Virus record (IMG/VR): IMGVR_UViG_3300030202_002193 | Span: 20,539 to 84,538 of that record | Strand: one strand, 5' to 3' | DNA: 64,000 bases | Origin: a virus | In this document: in pieces, positions 38,871 to 46,342 of the stretch | How the letters are laid out: every line of letters begins with the position of its first letter | Numbering within the stretch: the stretch's first letter is position 1 | Program-made: the position numbers and the translations under genes | The notes under the pieces: model-generated | Told to the model about the DNA's origin: nothing | Seen by the model: only the letters and a program-made list of their open reading frames with translations | The model's database searches: none

Positions 38871-39217
38871 GTAAAAATCTCCAAAAATTTCCCGTAATTT
38901 GTTCGTCACTAGCGCAATTTTTCTTTTTTTTAATTTACTATTCCCAGAATAAGGTTTTTTAATTTACTTTTTTATTTTATTATATTTTAATTTGCGATAT
39001 TTTCTTGTTTTTGGTATTGTTGCAAACTTTTAATTTGAATCATTTCGCATAGCGTTTGACTTCTTGATGTTAAGAGGCTAAAGTAACATGGTATTTAGTA
39101 TTTATTAGATAATAAGGGTGCAAAAGTCTAATTGGAGGGATTAAAGAATCGTTTGTTAAAAAAAAGATTTTTGATACAAAGCCATATGGTTGTGCTTTGT
39201 TAACGCCCCGAAGGGTA

Positions 39218-39556
39218 CTATGTGGTTAATATTGACCAAGCAGAACTGGCATAGGTTTCTGAATTATCCTCATCCGATTCATACATTATACAAACCATTT
39301 CCAAAATCTTTCTGTTTGGACCTTCGGCTACATCCCAATTAATCGCATCTCTCAATCCATGTTTTTCAACTTCAGATTTGAAAACTTCAAACTCTGCATC
39401 TAGGATTTCTTCAGATGGAATACCATCTCTTTCTCGAACACATTCTCCACATAGAACAGTTACATCTATTTCAGAAAGGTCATCCTCATAATCTGAATAA
39501 TATATTCCATAATCCACTGTATTTCCACATTCACATTGCCCACTTCTCCACGACAT
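39218..39556 (-). CDS. acidic Zn-binding cassette protein
   Basis: CECG...LCGEC; sole gene between repeats 1 and 2. Confidence 0.7.
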   Translation of the reverse strand: MSWRSGQCECGNTVDYGIYYSDYEDDLSEIDVTVLCGECVRERDGIPSEEILDAEFEVFKSEVEKHGLRDAINWDVAEGPNRKILEMVCIMYESDEDNSETYASSAWSILTT

Positions 39557-39637
39557 AATCTAACTCATTTATTCTAAATAAGTAAGGTACTATCAAAGCC
39601 TAGTACCATATGGTTGCTTTGTTTTACCCTAGAAAAA

Positions 39638-39662
39638 AGAGGGGGGTTTAACCCCCCCCTCT
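39638..39662 (-). terminator. GC hairpin followed by U-run on minus strand
   Basis: AGAGGGGGG-TTTAAC-CCCCCCCTCT adjacent to A6 on plus strand. Confidence 0.7.
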
Positions 39663-39665
39663 CAT

Positions 39666-39965
39666 TTAATCGCCTATCCTAATCCAATTCCCATTCCAAG
39701 CCTCACCGTTTAGATACCATGTGAAATCTTTTTGTTGAATGTGGACCCCTGTTAAACCGTTTAGCCTTTCCTTAGTTGTGTTTGAAGACCATCCACCGTT
39801 TGAAATATATATTCCATCGGCGTTACTGTATGCTATCAGGTTTCCGTGTAGTCTCATTTCAGCCTTAATGTCGTCAATTCTAAGAACTGCCGTATTGCTT
39901 TTTTTGTAGTTGCCAGCCCATGCGTTTTCAAATGCGTGACATGCTTCTCTTGTAATTTTGCGCAT
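39666..39965 (-). CDS. conserved phage-type hypothetical protein (cassette 2)
   Basis: LHGNLIA...GWSSNTTKERLNGL motif typical of small early phage proteins. Confidence 0.7.
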   Translation of the reverse strand: MRKITREACHAFENAWAGNYKKSNTAVLRIDDIKAEMRLHGNLIAYSNADGIYISNGGWSSNTTKERLNGLTGVHIQQKDFTWYLNGEAWNGNWIRIGD

Positions 39966-40039
39966 ATCTTAATAGAGATTATTTAATTAAGTGAGGTAAT
40001 ATCAAAGCCTATTACCATATGGTACTGGCTTTGTAGAAC

Positions 40040-40705
40040 CCTAAGATAAGAAATCGGGAACAGGGGCTATATTTCGCTGACAAAGGGATGCGCTCACTGA
40101 ATAAGGAGTTAGTTACTTGATACTTTAACTAGTATTTCACAAGAGTCCAACTACCGTTTATTGCTGATTTTGCCACAACCGATGGTTACTTTATAGTCTT
40201 ATTCCGTCATTCTCACCATGTCCCAAAGTTGCCTAGGATTTGCAATGGGGGTATTTCGTGGGTGGGAAAAAAAGCGGGGGTCTATGGAATTCTTTAAGCC
40301 CAAAGGTTCCTTAAAAAACATCTCATGGTGTTCTAATAGACCCCCTAGAAAGGGATGGAGACAGGGATGGAAAAAATGCGCTTGAAAACACTACAGACAA
40401 TCTCTGTTAGGAATACGCCCTGCCCCCTTAGAATGGGCGAGAGAAAACCTTTATCTGTATGTGAACCATACAGGATGCGACGATTTCGGTAGTTGGCCCA
40501 ACTACACGCCATTAGGTTTTTTTATTTGCTCCAAACTCTCATGAAGTGTGGTTATACTTCAGGTTCTTCTTCAAGAAAGTCCCATATATCTCTATATGGA
40601 TTCTCTTTACTATTCAAGTAAATATCATCTCGATTTCCCCCTTTAGTTTAACCACTTCAAGTGGATAATCGGATAGATATTGACTTTGCCACTTGAATAA
40701 CCCAA
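40040..40705 (-). ncRNA. candidate large structured non-coding RNA (cassette 3)
   Basis: No ORF of 60 aa or more, cassette promoter present, many stems. Confidence 0.45.
40552..40617 (-). CDS. possible 21-aa acidic peptide (TTG start) NSKENPYRDIWDFLEEEPEV
   Basis: GAGATGA RBS-like motif upstream. Confidence 0.3.
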   Translation of the reverse strand: MNSKENPYRDIWDFLEEEPEV

Positions 40706-40784
40706 TATATGTATTCGAATTATTAGTAAGGTAGACAAAGCCCTACCATATGGTAGGCTTTGTTAATACCCTGTAAAGGGAGCC

Positions 40785-40814
40785 ACCCCCTAGGTCCGAA
40801 GTCCTAGAGGGGGC
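40785..40814 (-). terminator. hairpin with C(UUCG)G tetraloop on minus strand
   Basis: CCCCCTAGGTCCGAAGTCCTAGAGGGGG at 3' end of cassette 4. Confidence 0.65.
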
Positions 40815-40861
40815 AAATAGCACAAAATTGTGCTTACAACGGTTGGGAAAACCGAGGATAA

Positions 40862-41008
40862 TTATTCTTCTTCACCTACAAATGGTGCTAAAAACTCCGC
40901 ACCGAATTGGTCTGCTATATTATCTAACATAGTCAAGTTTTCATCTAACATAATTGCCAACTCTTCTAAAGTATAGTTGCTCATAAATTGTATTACCCTT
41001 TCTTTCAT
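40862..41008 (-). CDS. 48-aa acidic protein (cassette 4)
   Basis: Hand translation MKERVIQFMSNYTLEELAIMLDE...GEEE; ATGA coupling. Confidence 0.6.
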   Translation of the reverse strand: MKERVIQFMSNYTLEELAIMLDENLTMLDNIADQFGAEFLAPFVGEEE

Positions 41009-41259
41009 TCTTCTTCATCTCCAACAACGGAAACACTTGAAGAATATCTCCTTGGGTTATTAGCATTAGAAATACTTCTATCAGGGAATAATTGACAACC
41101 TATCGCCACCTTAGCGTAGGGGAATAAGTGATGCCTATACATCTTCTTATTTCGGTTGGCACAATAAGATTGCCACCATCCATCTCCTTCAGCAACTCTT
41201 TCTCTATACTCTTCTATTGGCTTCCCGCCAACTACTTGTTCTTCTTCCATATCTATCAT
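41005..41259 (-). CDS. hypothetical protein (cassette 4)
   Basis: 84 aa, coupled. Confidence 0.6.
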   Translation of the reverse strand: MIDMEEEQVVGGKPIEEYRERVAEGDGWWQSYCANRNKKMYRHHLFPYAKVAIGCQLFPDRSISNANNPRRYSSSVSVVGDEEE

Positions 41260-41447
41260 CTCAAAGTCTTGTCATTAGGGTGATTCCTGTTATGTCTAGC
41301 ATGTCTTTGTGCTAGAGTTAGGCCTAGGTCAGCGATTGACCAAACTAACCTTGTGGTATCTCCGTAATTCTTTTCTGCCAATATAGCCCTAATAGGGCGA
41401 CCCTTGTAAAAGGTAATTGGGTTCTCATATCTAGTTCTCCAACTCAT
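41256..41447 (-). CDS. hypothetical protein (cassette 4)
   Basis: AGGAG RBS; first gene after cassette promoter. Confidence 0.6.
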   Translation of the reverse strand: MSWRTRYENPITFYKGRPIRAILAEKNYGDTTRLVWSIADLGLTLAQRHARHNRNHPNDKTLR

Positions 41448-41580
41448 GTTTTTTTCTCCTAGTTAGCGATATCAAATTACACAGATTAAGTTTAAGGTAG
41501 ACAAAGCACTACCATATGGTACTGGCTTTGTGGACCCCGATTTTAATAAATTGGGGCCGAGCAAAGCAAAACTCGACGAA

Positions 41581-42132
41581 TCAGCCTTGTACCTCCTCGT
41601 TTTGGTCCGAATCGGCGGCTTCTTCTTGTACTTCGTTGGAATAGTCGTAGGACTCCATTGAGTCTACATCTCCACCCCAAACTCCGGCGGAATATCTAAT
41701 CATCATTTGCTTGTCAGCATGTGCGACTAGATAGTTTGCCATTTCTTCAACAGTCTCAAAGGAACATGGGACTCCCTTGTGAATTCTGCCATCGTGCTTG
41801 ATATCCATAGATGCTCCTCTTTTATTCCATGTAGGTAAAAAGACGGTAGCGAAGGCAATAGCGGCCTTCATCAATTTCTTAGCCTTGTGTGAATCCCAAG
41901 CAGTTTGCTTGTCTTCAGGTAAGGTAGGTTGTGAATTGGAAAGGCGAGGTGCGCCTCCAATTGCGTTGTAGTTATTTCTTAGTAGGGGCCAAATCTCCGC
42001 CACTTGTTCCGGCGTTTCTGCTCCTCTAATTCCTGCTATCAGTCCTTGAATGCTAGTTCCTAAAAATCCGCAATCATTGTTTGCGACATAGGCTTCAATA
42101 GCACTAACTTTCTTCATTATTGTTTCACTCAT
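41581..42132 (-). CDS. hypothetical protein (cassette 5), paralog of 43298-43774
   Basis: True start MSETIMKK after GGAGATGA RBS. Confidence 0.75.
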   Translation of the reverse strand: MSETIMKKVSAIEAYVANNDCGFLGTSIQGLIAGIRGAETPEQVAEIWPLLRNNYNAIGGAPRLSNSQPTLPEDKQTAWDSHKAKKLMKAAIAFATVFLPTWNKRGASMDIKHDGRIHKGVPCSFETVEEMANYLVAHADKQMMIRYSAGVWGGDVDSMESYDYSNEVQEEAADSDQNEEVQG

Positions 42133-42289
42133 AATATCATCTCCAAAAGGTTTTGATTCATCGGTTTGCTTTGCTCGACTACCCATAATATGCCACACAA
42201 ATGATAAGGTATTGCTACAAAGCCACCAATACCATATGGTTGTAGGCTTTGATACAACCTTACTTATTTTACAAGACATTAATCTAATT

Positions 42290-42574
42290 ATGGTAAGCAA
42301 ACCTAACAGTAGAGATATTAGAGAATGGGTTATAGATTTTTGTAACTCATATGAAGACCACAGTTATGATAACATAACCGAATATATTGACGGAATAGTA
42401 CCTTATACATATTTTGAAATCTTGAGCCTTTTCAACAATATGGGGTTGGAAATAACACATGCTCATGTAGGCACTCCTATTTGGGAAATAATGAGAATGG
42501 ATATATTTTACATTTGGGAAGAAAGATTTAGAGAAGACTACGAAGAATATATGTACGAACTTGAGGAGGAATAA
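42290..42574 (+). CDS. Ocr (T7 gp0.3)-like acidic DNA-mimic anti-restriction protein
   Basis: DNITEYIDGIVPYTYFEILSLF aligns by eye with Ocr [22 protein letters not shown]; very acidic C-terminus. Confidence 0.65.
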   Translation: MVSKPNSRDIREWVIDFCNSYEDHSYDNITEYIDGIVPYTYFEILSLFNNMGLEITHAHVGTPIWEIMRMDIFYIWEERFREDYEEYMYELEEE

Positions 42575-42576
42575 AT

Positions 42577-42714
42577 ATGTATTACGAAGAAGCATGCCAT
42601 TGTTGTGGTAAAGGAATAACCATCACAGGGGCATATATTGCAAACTATTCTCTTGTATTTTGTGAAGATTGCGGATATGATTCGGAATATTGTCACGGTT
42701 GTTGTGACCCCTAG
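42577..42714 (+). CDS. 45-aa Cys-rich micro-protein
   Basis: Hand translation MYYEEACHCCGKG...FCEDCGYDSEYCHGCCDP; GAGGAGG RBS. Confidence 0.55.
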   Translation: MYYEEACHCCGKGITITGAYIANYSLVFCEDCGYDSEYCHGCCDP

Positions 42715-42774
42715 GGTCGCTAAAACAAAGCAAGCCACCTAAAACAACTATAAACCCCTACTCTGAAAAAGGCA

Positions 42775-43130
42775 TATTATTAATTCATAAAAAACCATAA
42801 TAAGAAATTAGATATATTTCAATTGGCTCTTATACTATATAGGGGATATAATATGATATATTTTATGGTATAGGATATAACATGTACGGGGTCAGTCTCA
42901 CCGTTTGGTAATGAGACTGAAAATGAGACTGAAAGGATAGGCTTTCAGTACATCATTTATTATTGTATATTCTCATAATCTCATAATCTCATATCATATA
43001 TCTATCCCACCACCCCCTTTCTATCTATATCTCTCTCTCTTAGGCCATGAGACATGAGACATGAGACTGAAGTGGCGAAATTGGCTTCAGTGGTGCGTTT
43101 CTCTTTGTCTCATGGTTTGTCTCATGGTTG
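42775..43130. other. candidate replication origin (ATGAGAC iterons plus AT-rich tract)
   Basis: About 11 TGAGA-core repeats in both orientations in a non-coding region near the strand switch. Confidence 0.55.
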
Positions 43131-43264
43131 TGGACTAAAGGATATTTTATGGGGGTCGAAGTTTTATCAGTAATAAATATCTAAAAATTAAGGGGGTTCA
43201 TATCTGATAAGTGTATTTTTTACTTGATGGGTATGTGCGTAATAAATACAGACTTCGTGATAAA

Positions 43265-43281
43265 GGGCTTTATTAGATAAT
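43265..43281 (+). promoter_or_regulatory. archaeal TATA-type promoter GGGCTTTATTAGATAAT
   Basis: TTTATTA ~25 nt upstream of ATG 43298; near-identical motif at 49997. Confidence 0.6.
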
Positions 43282-43297
43282 ATGAAAGTGGATAAAT

Positions 43298-43774
43298 ATG
43301 AACTGGGAAGATTTTGTTCAAGTGGTAGAATCCTATGTGTGGATTCGTAAGGAAGAATTAGGCGGAATAGTGCAGGTAATAGATTTGCTACTAGATGCAG
43401 GTAAGAATAATGAAGACGAAAGAAGTAATGCAATTGCTTCTGTAAAGGGGCTTCTAAAGGGTAGAGAAGGTTCGCCCTTTAGACAGGGCGTAAGGTCCAC
43501 TAAGCCTATCTCTGTAAAGGTCAATATAGACAAAGTAGGGAAGATGGTAGAAGAGGCTTCTAAGGTGTATTTTAGCATGGTTCCTAATGGGCTTCATCTG
43601 AAACATGGTAAGAGTGGAGGCGGAGGCTTTGCTAGTGCAGAAGAATATGCCAAGGTCGAAAAGAAAAAGGTGATGACAATGCTCTACCGAAGACATACCA
43701 ATGGACTATGGGATGGCACTTTGGAAGGGCTTGGCTATGGAGATACGAATGGGCTTTTTTCTGAAGAGGAATAA
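43298..43774 (+). CDS. hypothetical protein, paralog of cassette-5 gene
   Basis: Shared E[SA]YV, G[SA]P, KH, F...EE.A, G.W.G motifs. Confidence 0.75.
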   Translation: MNWEDFVQVVESYVWIRKEELGGIVQVIDLLLDAGKNNEDERSNAIASVKGLLKGREGSPFRQGVRSTKPISVKVNIDKVGKMVEEASKVYFSMVPNGLHLKHGKSGGGGFASAEEYAKVEKKKVMTMLYRRHTNGLWDGTLEGLGYGDTNGLFSEEE

Positions 43775-44023
43775 GAATTGAGATAGAAGTGTAACTATTT
43801 TTTAACATAATGTTACACATTAAAGGGGCCACCTAGTTATAAGTGGGGAGAGGGTCTAGGGGTATCTTGTCAAGTTTGAGAAATACCGGATGCAATATCT
43901 TTTGTCATCAACAAACTAGAAATAGGTTTTTCGAAAAAGGCAATTTAACCGAGAGGGTAGGGGTCGAGCAAAGGGGCCGTTTACGACAAAAATATGCTCC
44001 CCCTATCCTCATCAGGTGATAAG

Positions 44024-44119
44024 ATGAAATTCAAACAAACATATCCTAAGACATATAGATTGTTGCAATTAACTGAATTATTAGTTGCAATATATCTAGT
44101 GAATAGATTTGTACTCTAG
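44024..44119 (+). CDS. 31-aa hydrophobic micro-protein
   Basis: MKFKQTYPKTYRLLQLTELLVAIYLVNRFVL; GGTGAT RBS. Confidence 0.45.
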   Translation: MKFKQTYPKTYRLLQLTELLVAIYLVNRFVL

Positions 44120-44210
44120 TCGGTTTTTGCAGTAATAATAGGAAAGGTTACTCACGCAGATAGTGGACCTCCAAACCACGAACCTATTCCCGACACTTGA
44201 GGTGAATATA

Positions 44211-44438
44211 ATGATAGAATGGATAATGAAATTTTTTACTAAAAAAGAACTTAGGAATCATAGACTCCCTAAGTGTAGCAAGTGTGGGCTAGTCTCACAT
44301 AAAAAAATAAAAATAGAGTTTATAGAAGATGAGCAGATATCAACAATAACTGGTAACTGTTGTAATAGTTGCGAGGAAGAATTAAGCAGGGAATTTAATC
44401 CCCTTTGGATTCCTCCACTTGTATTAAAGGAGAAATAA
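44211..44438 (+). CDS. small Zn-finger protein
   Basis: CSKC...CNSC; GAGGTGA RBS. Confidence 0.6.
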   Translation: MIEWIMKFFTKKELRNHRLPKCSKCGLVSHKKIKIEFIEDEQISTITGNCCNSCEEELSREFNPLWIPPLVLKEK

Positions 44439-44440
44439 AT

Positions 44441-44683
44441 ATGAAAGATATAGTAGAATTTTGCGGATATACTTCCGCATATAGTTTGTTGAATGACCAC
44501 ATGAATAAAGCAGAACTATCAGATTTGTTAGAAATAATTGTAGATAGTCCGGAAGATGCAAAGGATTTGGTTTTAGAAGAAGTAGAAAGAATCGCAAAAG
44601 AAGTATTTGAATGGATAGATTGGGAAAAATTACAGGACGATGCAGACGAAGAAGCCTATCAAAGATATAGGGATGGTGATTGA
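44441..44683 (+). CDS. acidic hypothetical protein
   Basis: AGGAG RBS. Confidence 0.65.
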   Translation: MKDIVEFCGYTSAYSLLNDHMNKAELSDLLEIIVDSPEDAKDLVLEEVERIAKEVFEWIDWEKLQDDADEEAYQRYRDGD

Positions 44684-45148
44684 ATGATTGACACAGACAA
44701 ATACGAAGGACATACGCCTGTGCCGTGGGCTATTGATGTTCACAAAGTAGGAGATAAAGTAAGCGCAATAGTAATCGAATCCAATTGGACTTCGCATGAT
44801 AATTGTGTATTAGCAGAAGTCGAAGTTGAAAACGAATACGCTAACGCAGACGCACAACTGATAGCAGACGCACCACTTCTCTTAGCAGAAGTCAGGCGGT
44901 TGCGTGAACAGAATGAGATGTTGCTTGAAGAATTGAAGAATGATGATACAGGGATGAAGGCAATTGATAGTTTATTAAAAGCAGTAGAAGATAGGAATGA
45001 AGAAGTCAAGCGGTGGAAAGGGAATTGGACTTTCCTCCGTGATTGGTTGGTGAAGCACATCAACAATGAAAAGACCAACCTCACGGCAAGGGCGTTCTCC
45101 GAGTTTTTCCTACAATTGATGGACGGAAGAGATGAGGTGATTGAGTGA
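44684..45148 (+). CDS. phage hypothetical protein (HTPxPW...A.LIA.AP.LL motif)
   Basis: Widespread phage motif recognised. Confidence 0.7.
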   Translation: MIDTDKYEGHTPVPWAIDVHKVGDKVSAIVIESNWTSHDNCVLAEVEVENEYANADAQLIADAPLLLAEVRRLREQNEMLLEELKNDDTGMKAIDSLLKAVEDRNEEVKRWKGNWTFLRDWLVKHINNEKTNLTARAFSEFFLQLMDGRDEVIE

Positions 45149-45594
45149 CTAGATACTACCACGCAACGCCTAAAGAAAACCTATCCTCAATTTTACAGAA
45201 CGGGATAGAAGCAAGGTTTGGAGAAGTATATTGCTCAACGAGTGAGGAAACTTCTGCAAGATGGATATGCTTCACACGGAGAGGAAGTAAGGAGATAATC
45301 ACAATACCATTCAGCAGACCTCAAGGTGATAAGCGAATGCGTTTAGGCGCAGACCACTCACCTGTCTTGACAAAAATACTTGGTGTTGATGAAGAAGGCG
45401 CATCATTTGTTTCAACTGAAACAATACCACCTAAAGATATACTGATAGACCAAATAAATGTTTGGCAGAATCCATTTTACTCACCCGAAGCAGAACAAGC
45501 GTTGCTCAAGGCGTTGAAACAAAACCAAGACATACTAATGCAAGCGGGTGCAGACGCTATTAAGAATGAAATAATAGGAGATGAAGAAGAATGA
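45145..45594 (+). CDS. putative ADP-ribosyltransferase-fold protein (Tpt1/KptA-like NAD-binding domain)
   Basis: YHAT...NLSSILQNGI...VYCS...IPPKDI pattern. Confidence 0.55.
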   Translation: MTRYYHATPKENLSSILQNGIEARFGEVYCSTSEETSARWICFTRRGSKEIITIPFSRPQGDKRMRLGADHSPVLTKILGVDEEGASFVSTETIPPKDILIDQINVWQNPFYSPEAEQALLKALKQNQDILMQAGADAIKNEIIGDEEE

Positions 45595-45857
45595 CCGAAT
45601 GTAGAAGAATGACTAAAGTAACAAAGGGAGATAGAATGCTTCTAGATTCTTTAGAAAGAAGTTATTTAGATACTAGCGAACCCTTTATGGCATCAGAAGC
45701 AATACAGGCTATCTTAGTAACCGGAACTAAAAAGGGTAGGAGTTTTACAATAAAAATTAATACTAAGAAATTGTGCGGTATTTTCAGAAAATCAGACAAC
45801 TACGAGTTGGTAAGAAAAACCAGTGCAGGTAGGATATTTTGGAGGAGAATCGTATGA
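45591..45857 (+). CDS. winged-HTH-like protein, paralog of 53803-54063
   Basis: EAI...N....R.S..Y...WRR pattern shared. Confidence 0.55.
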   Translation: MTECRRMTKVTKGDRMLLDSLERSYLDTSEPFMASEAIQAILVTGTKKGRSFTIKINTKKLCGIFRKSDNYELVRKTSAGRIFWRRIV

Positions 45858-46066
45858 AATATAACGAATCAGATATCGGAGAGATTGTCGAATATAGTGA
45901 TGATAAAGGCTCTTACTTTGAAGAAAGAATAGTCTTAGTTTATTGTCAAGTTTGTGGGGCTAGATATATCGGGCCTATCAGAGAAGCCGGAGGTTTCTTA
46001 GGGGGCCACGAAGTATTCCACACATGGGAATTCAAAATAGAAATGAACGATGAATTGGAGGTATGA
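45854..46066 (+). CDS. small Zn-binding protein
   Basis: CQVC...HEVFH. Confidence 0.6.
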   Translation: MKYNESDIGEIVEYSDDKGSYFEERIVLVYCQVCGARYIGPIREAGGFLGGHEVFHTWEFKIEMNDELEV

Positions 46067-46069
46067 AAA

Positions 46070-46342
46070 ATGACTGAAGATTATTCAAAGTGGCATACTT
46101 ATGCTGCTAGATTCCTAGACCCAACTACTGCAAGAGGCGCACCAATTTTCTGTAAAGAATGTAATAAGAAGGTGAGAACTTATGTTAGAAACCCTAAGTT
46201 TATTACTCTTAGAGATGGAACGCCTTGGAGAGAATACGATTCTAAATGGGATAGAAAATTTGGTTGTCCTTGTGGTAAATGGAATACCCCTTACTTGAAC
46301 TTAACCGAAGAAGAAATAAAAACATGGAGAGATAAAGAATGA
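46070..46342 (+). CDS. small Zn-binding protein
   Basis: CKEC...CPCG. Confidence 0.6.
   Translation: MTEDYSKWHTYAARFLDPTTARGAPIFCKECNKKVRTYVRNPKFITLRDGTPWREYDSKWDRKFGCPCGKWNTPYLNLTEEEIKTWRDKE

Larger units (their letters stand above)
38277..38900 (-). repeat. four degenerate intergenic repeats, sense consensus TGAAAAAAATWCGGRAAATTTT(GG)...ATG(AGT)TGGAAA
   Basis: Near 38295-38321, 38575-38598, 38814-38842, 38878-38900. Confidence 0.8.
39176..42737. repeat. dispersed palindromic repeat array (CAAAGC-Nx-ACCATATGGT-Nx-GCTTTG) delimiting gene cassettes
   Basis: Copies at 39176-39200, 39594-39621, 40003-40033, 40735-40763, 41501-41531, 42218-42251; half-site 42711-42737. Confidence 0.95.

Noticed and set aside
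39176-42251. Palindromic repeats as a CRISPR array
   Set aside because: Spacers are 0.4-0.75 kb and contain genes, repeats vary in length, and no cas genes are visible
42133-42300. Extended N-termini of ORFs 41581-42300 and 42212-42574
   Set aside because: They run through the palindrome and promoters; better starts are 42132 (with RBS) and 42290 (leaderless spacing)
43945-44020. Hammerhead ribozyme on the minus strand (CTGATGAG followed by a stem)
   Set aside because: The required GAAA after stem II is absent
38900-44200. tRNA genes in the non-coding gaps
   Set aside because: No cloverleaf with a T-loop GTTCRA consensus recognised by eye; tRNAscan-SE would settle it
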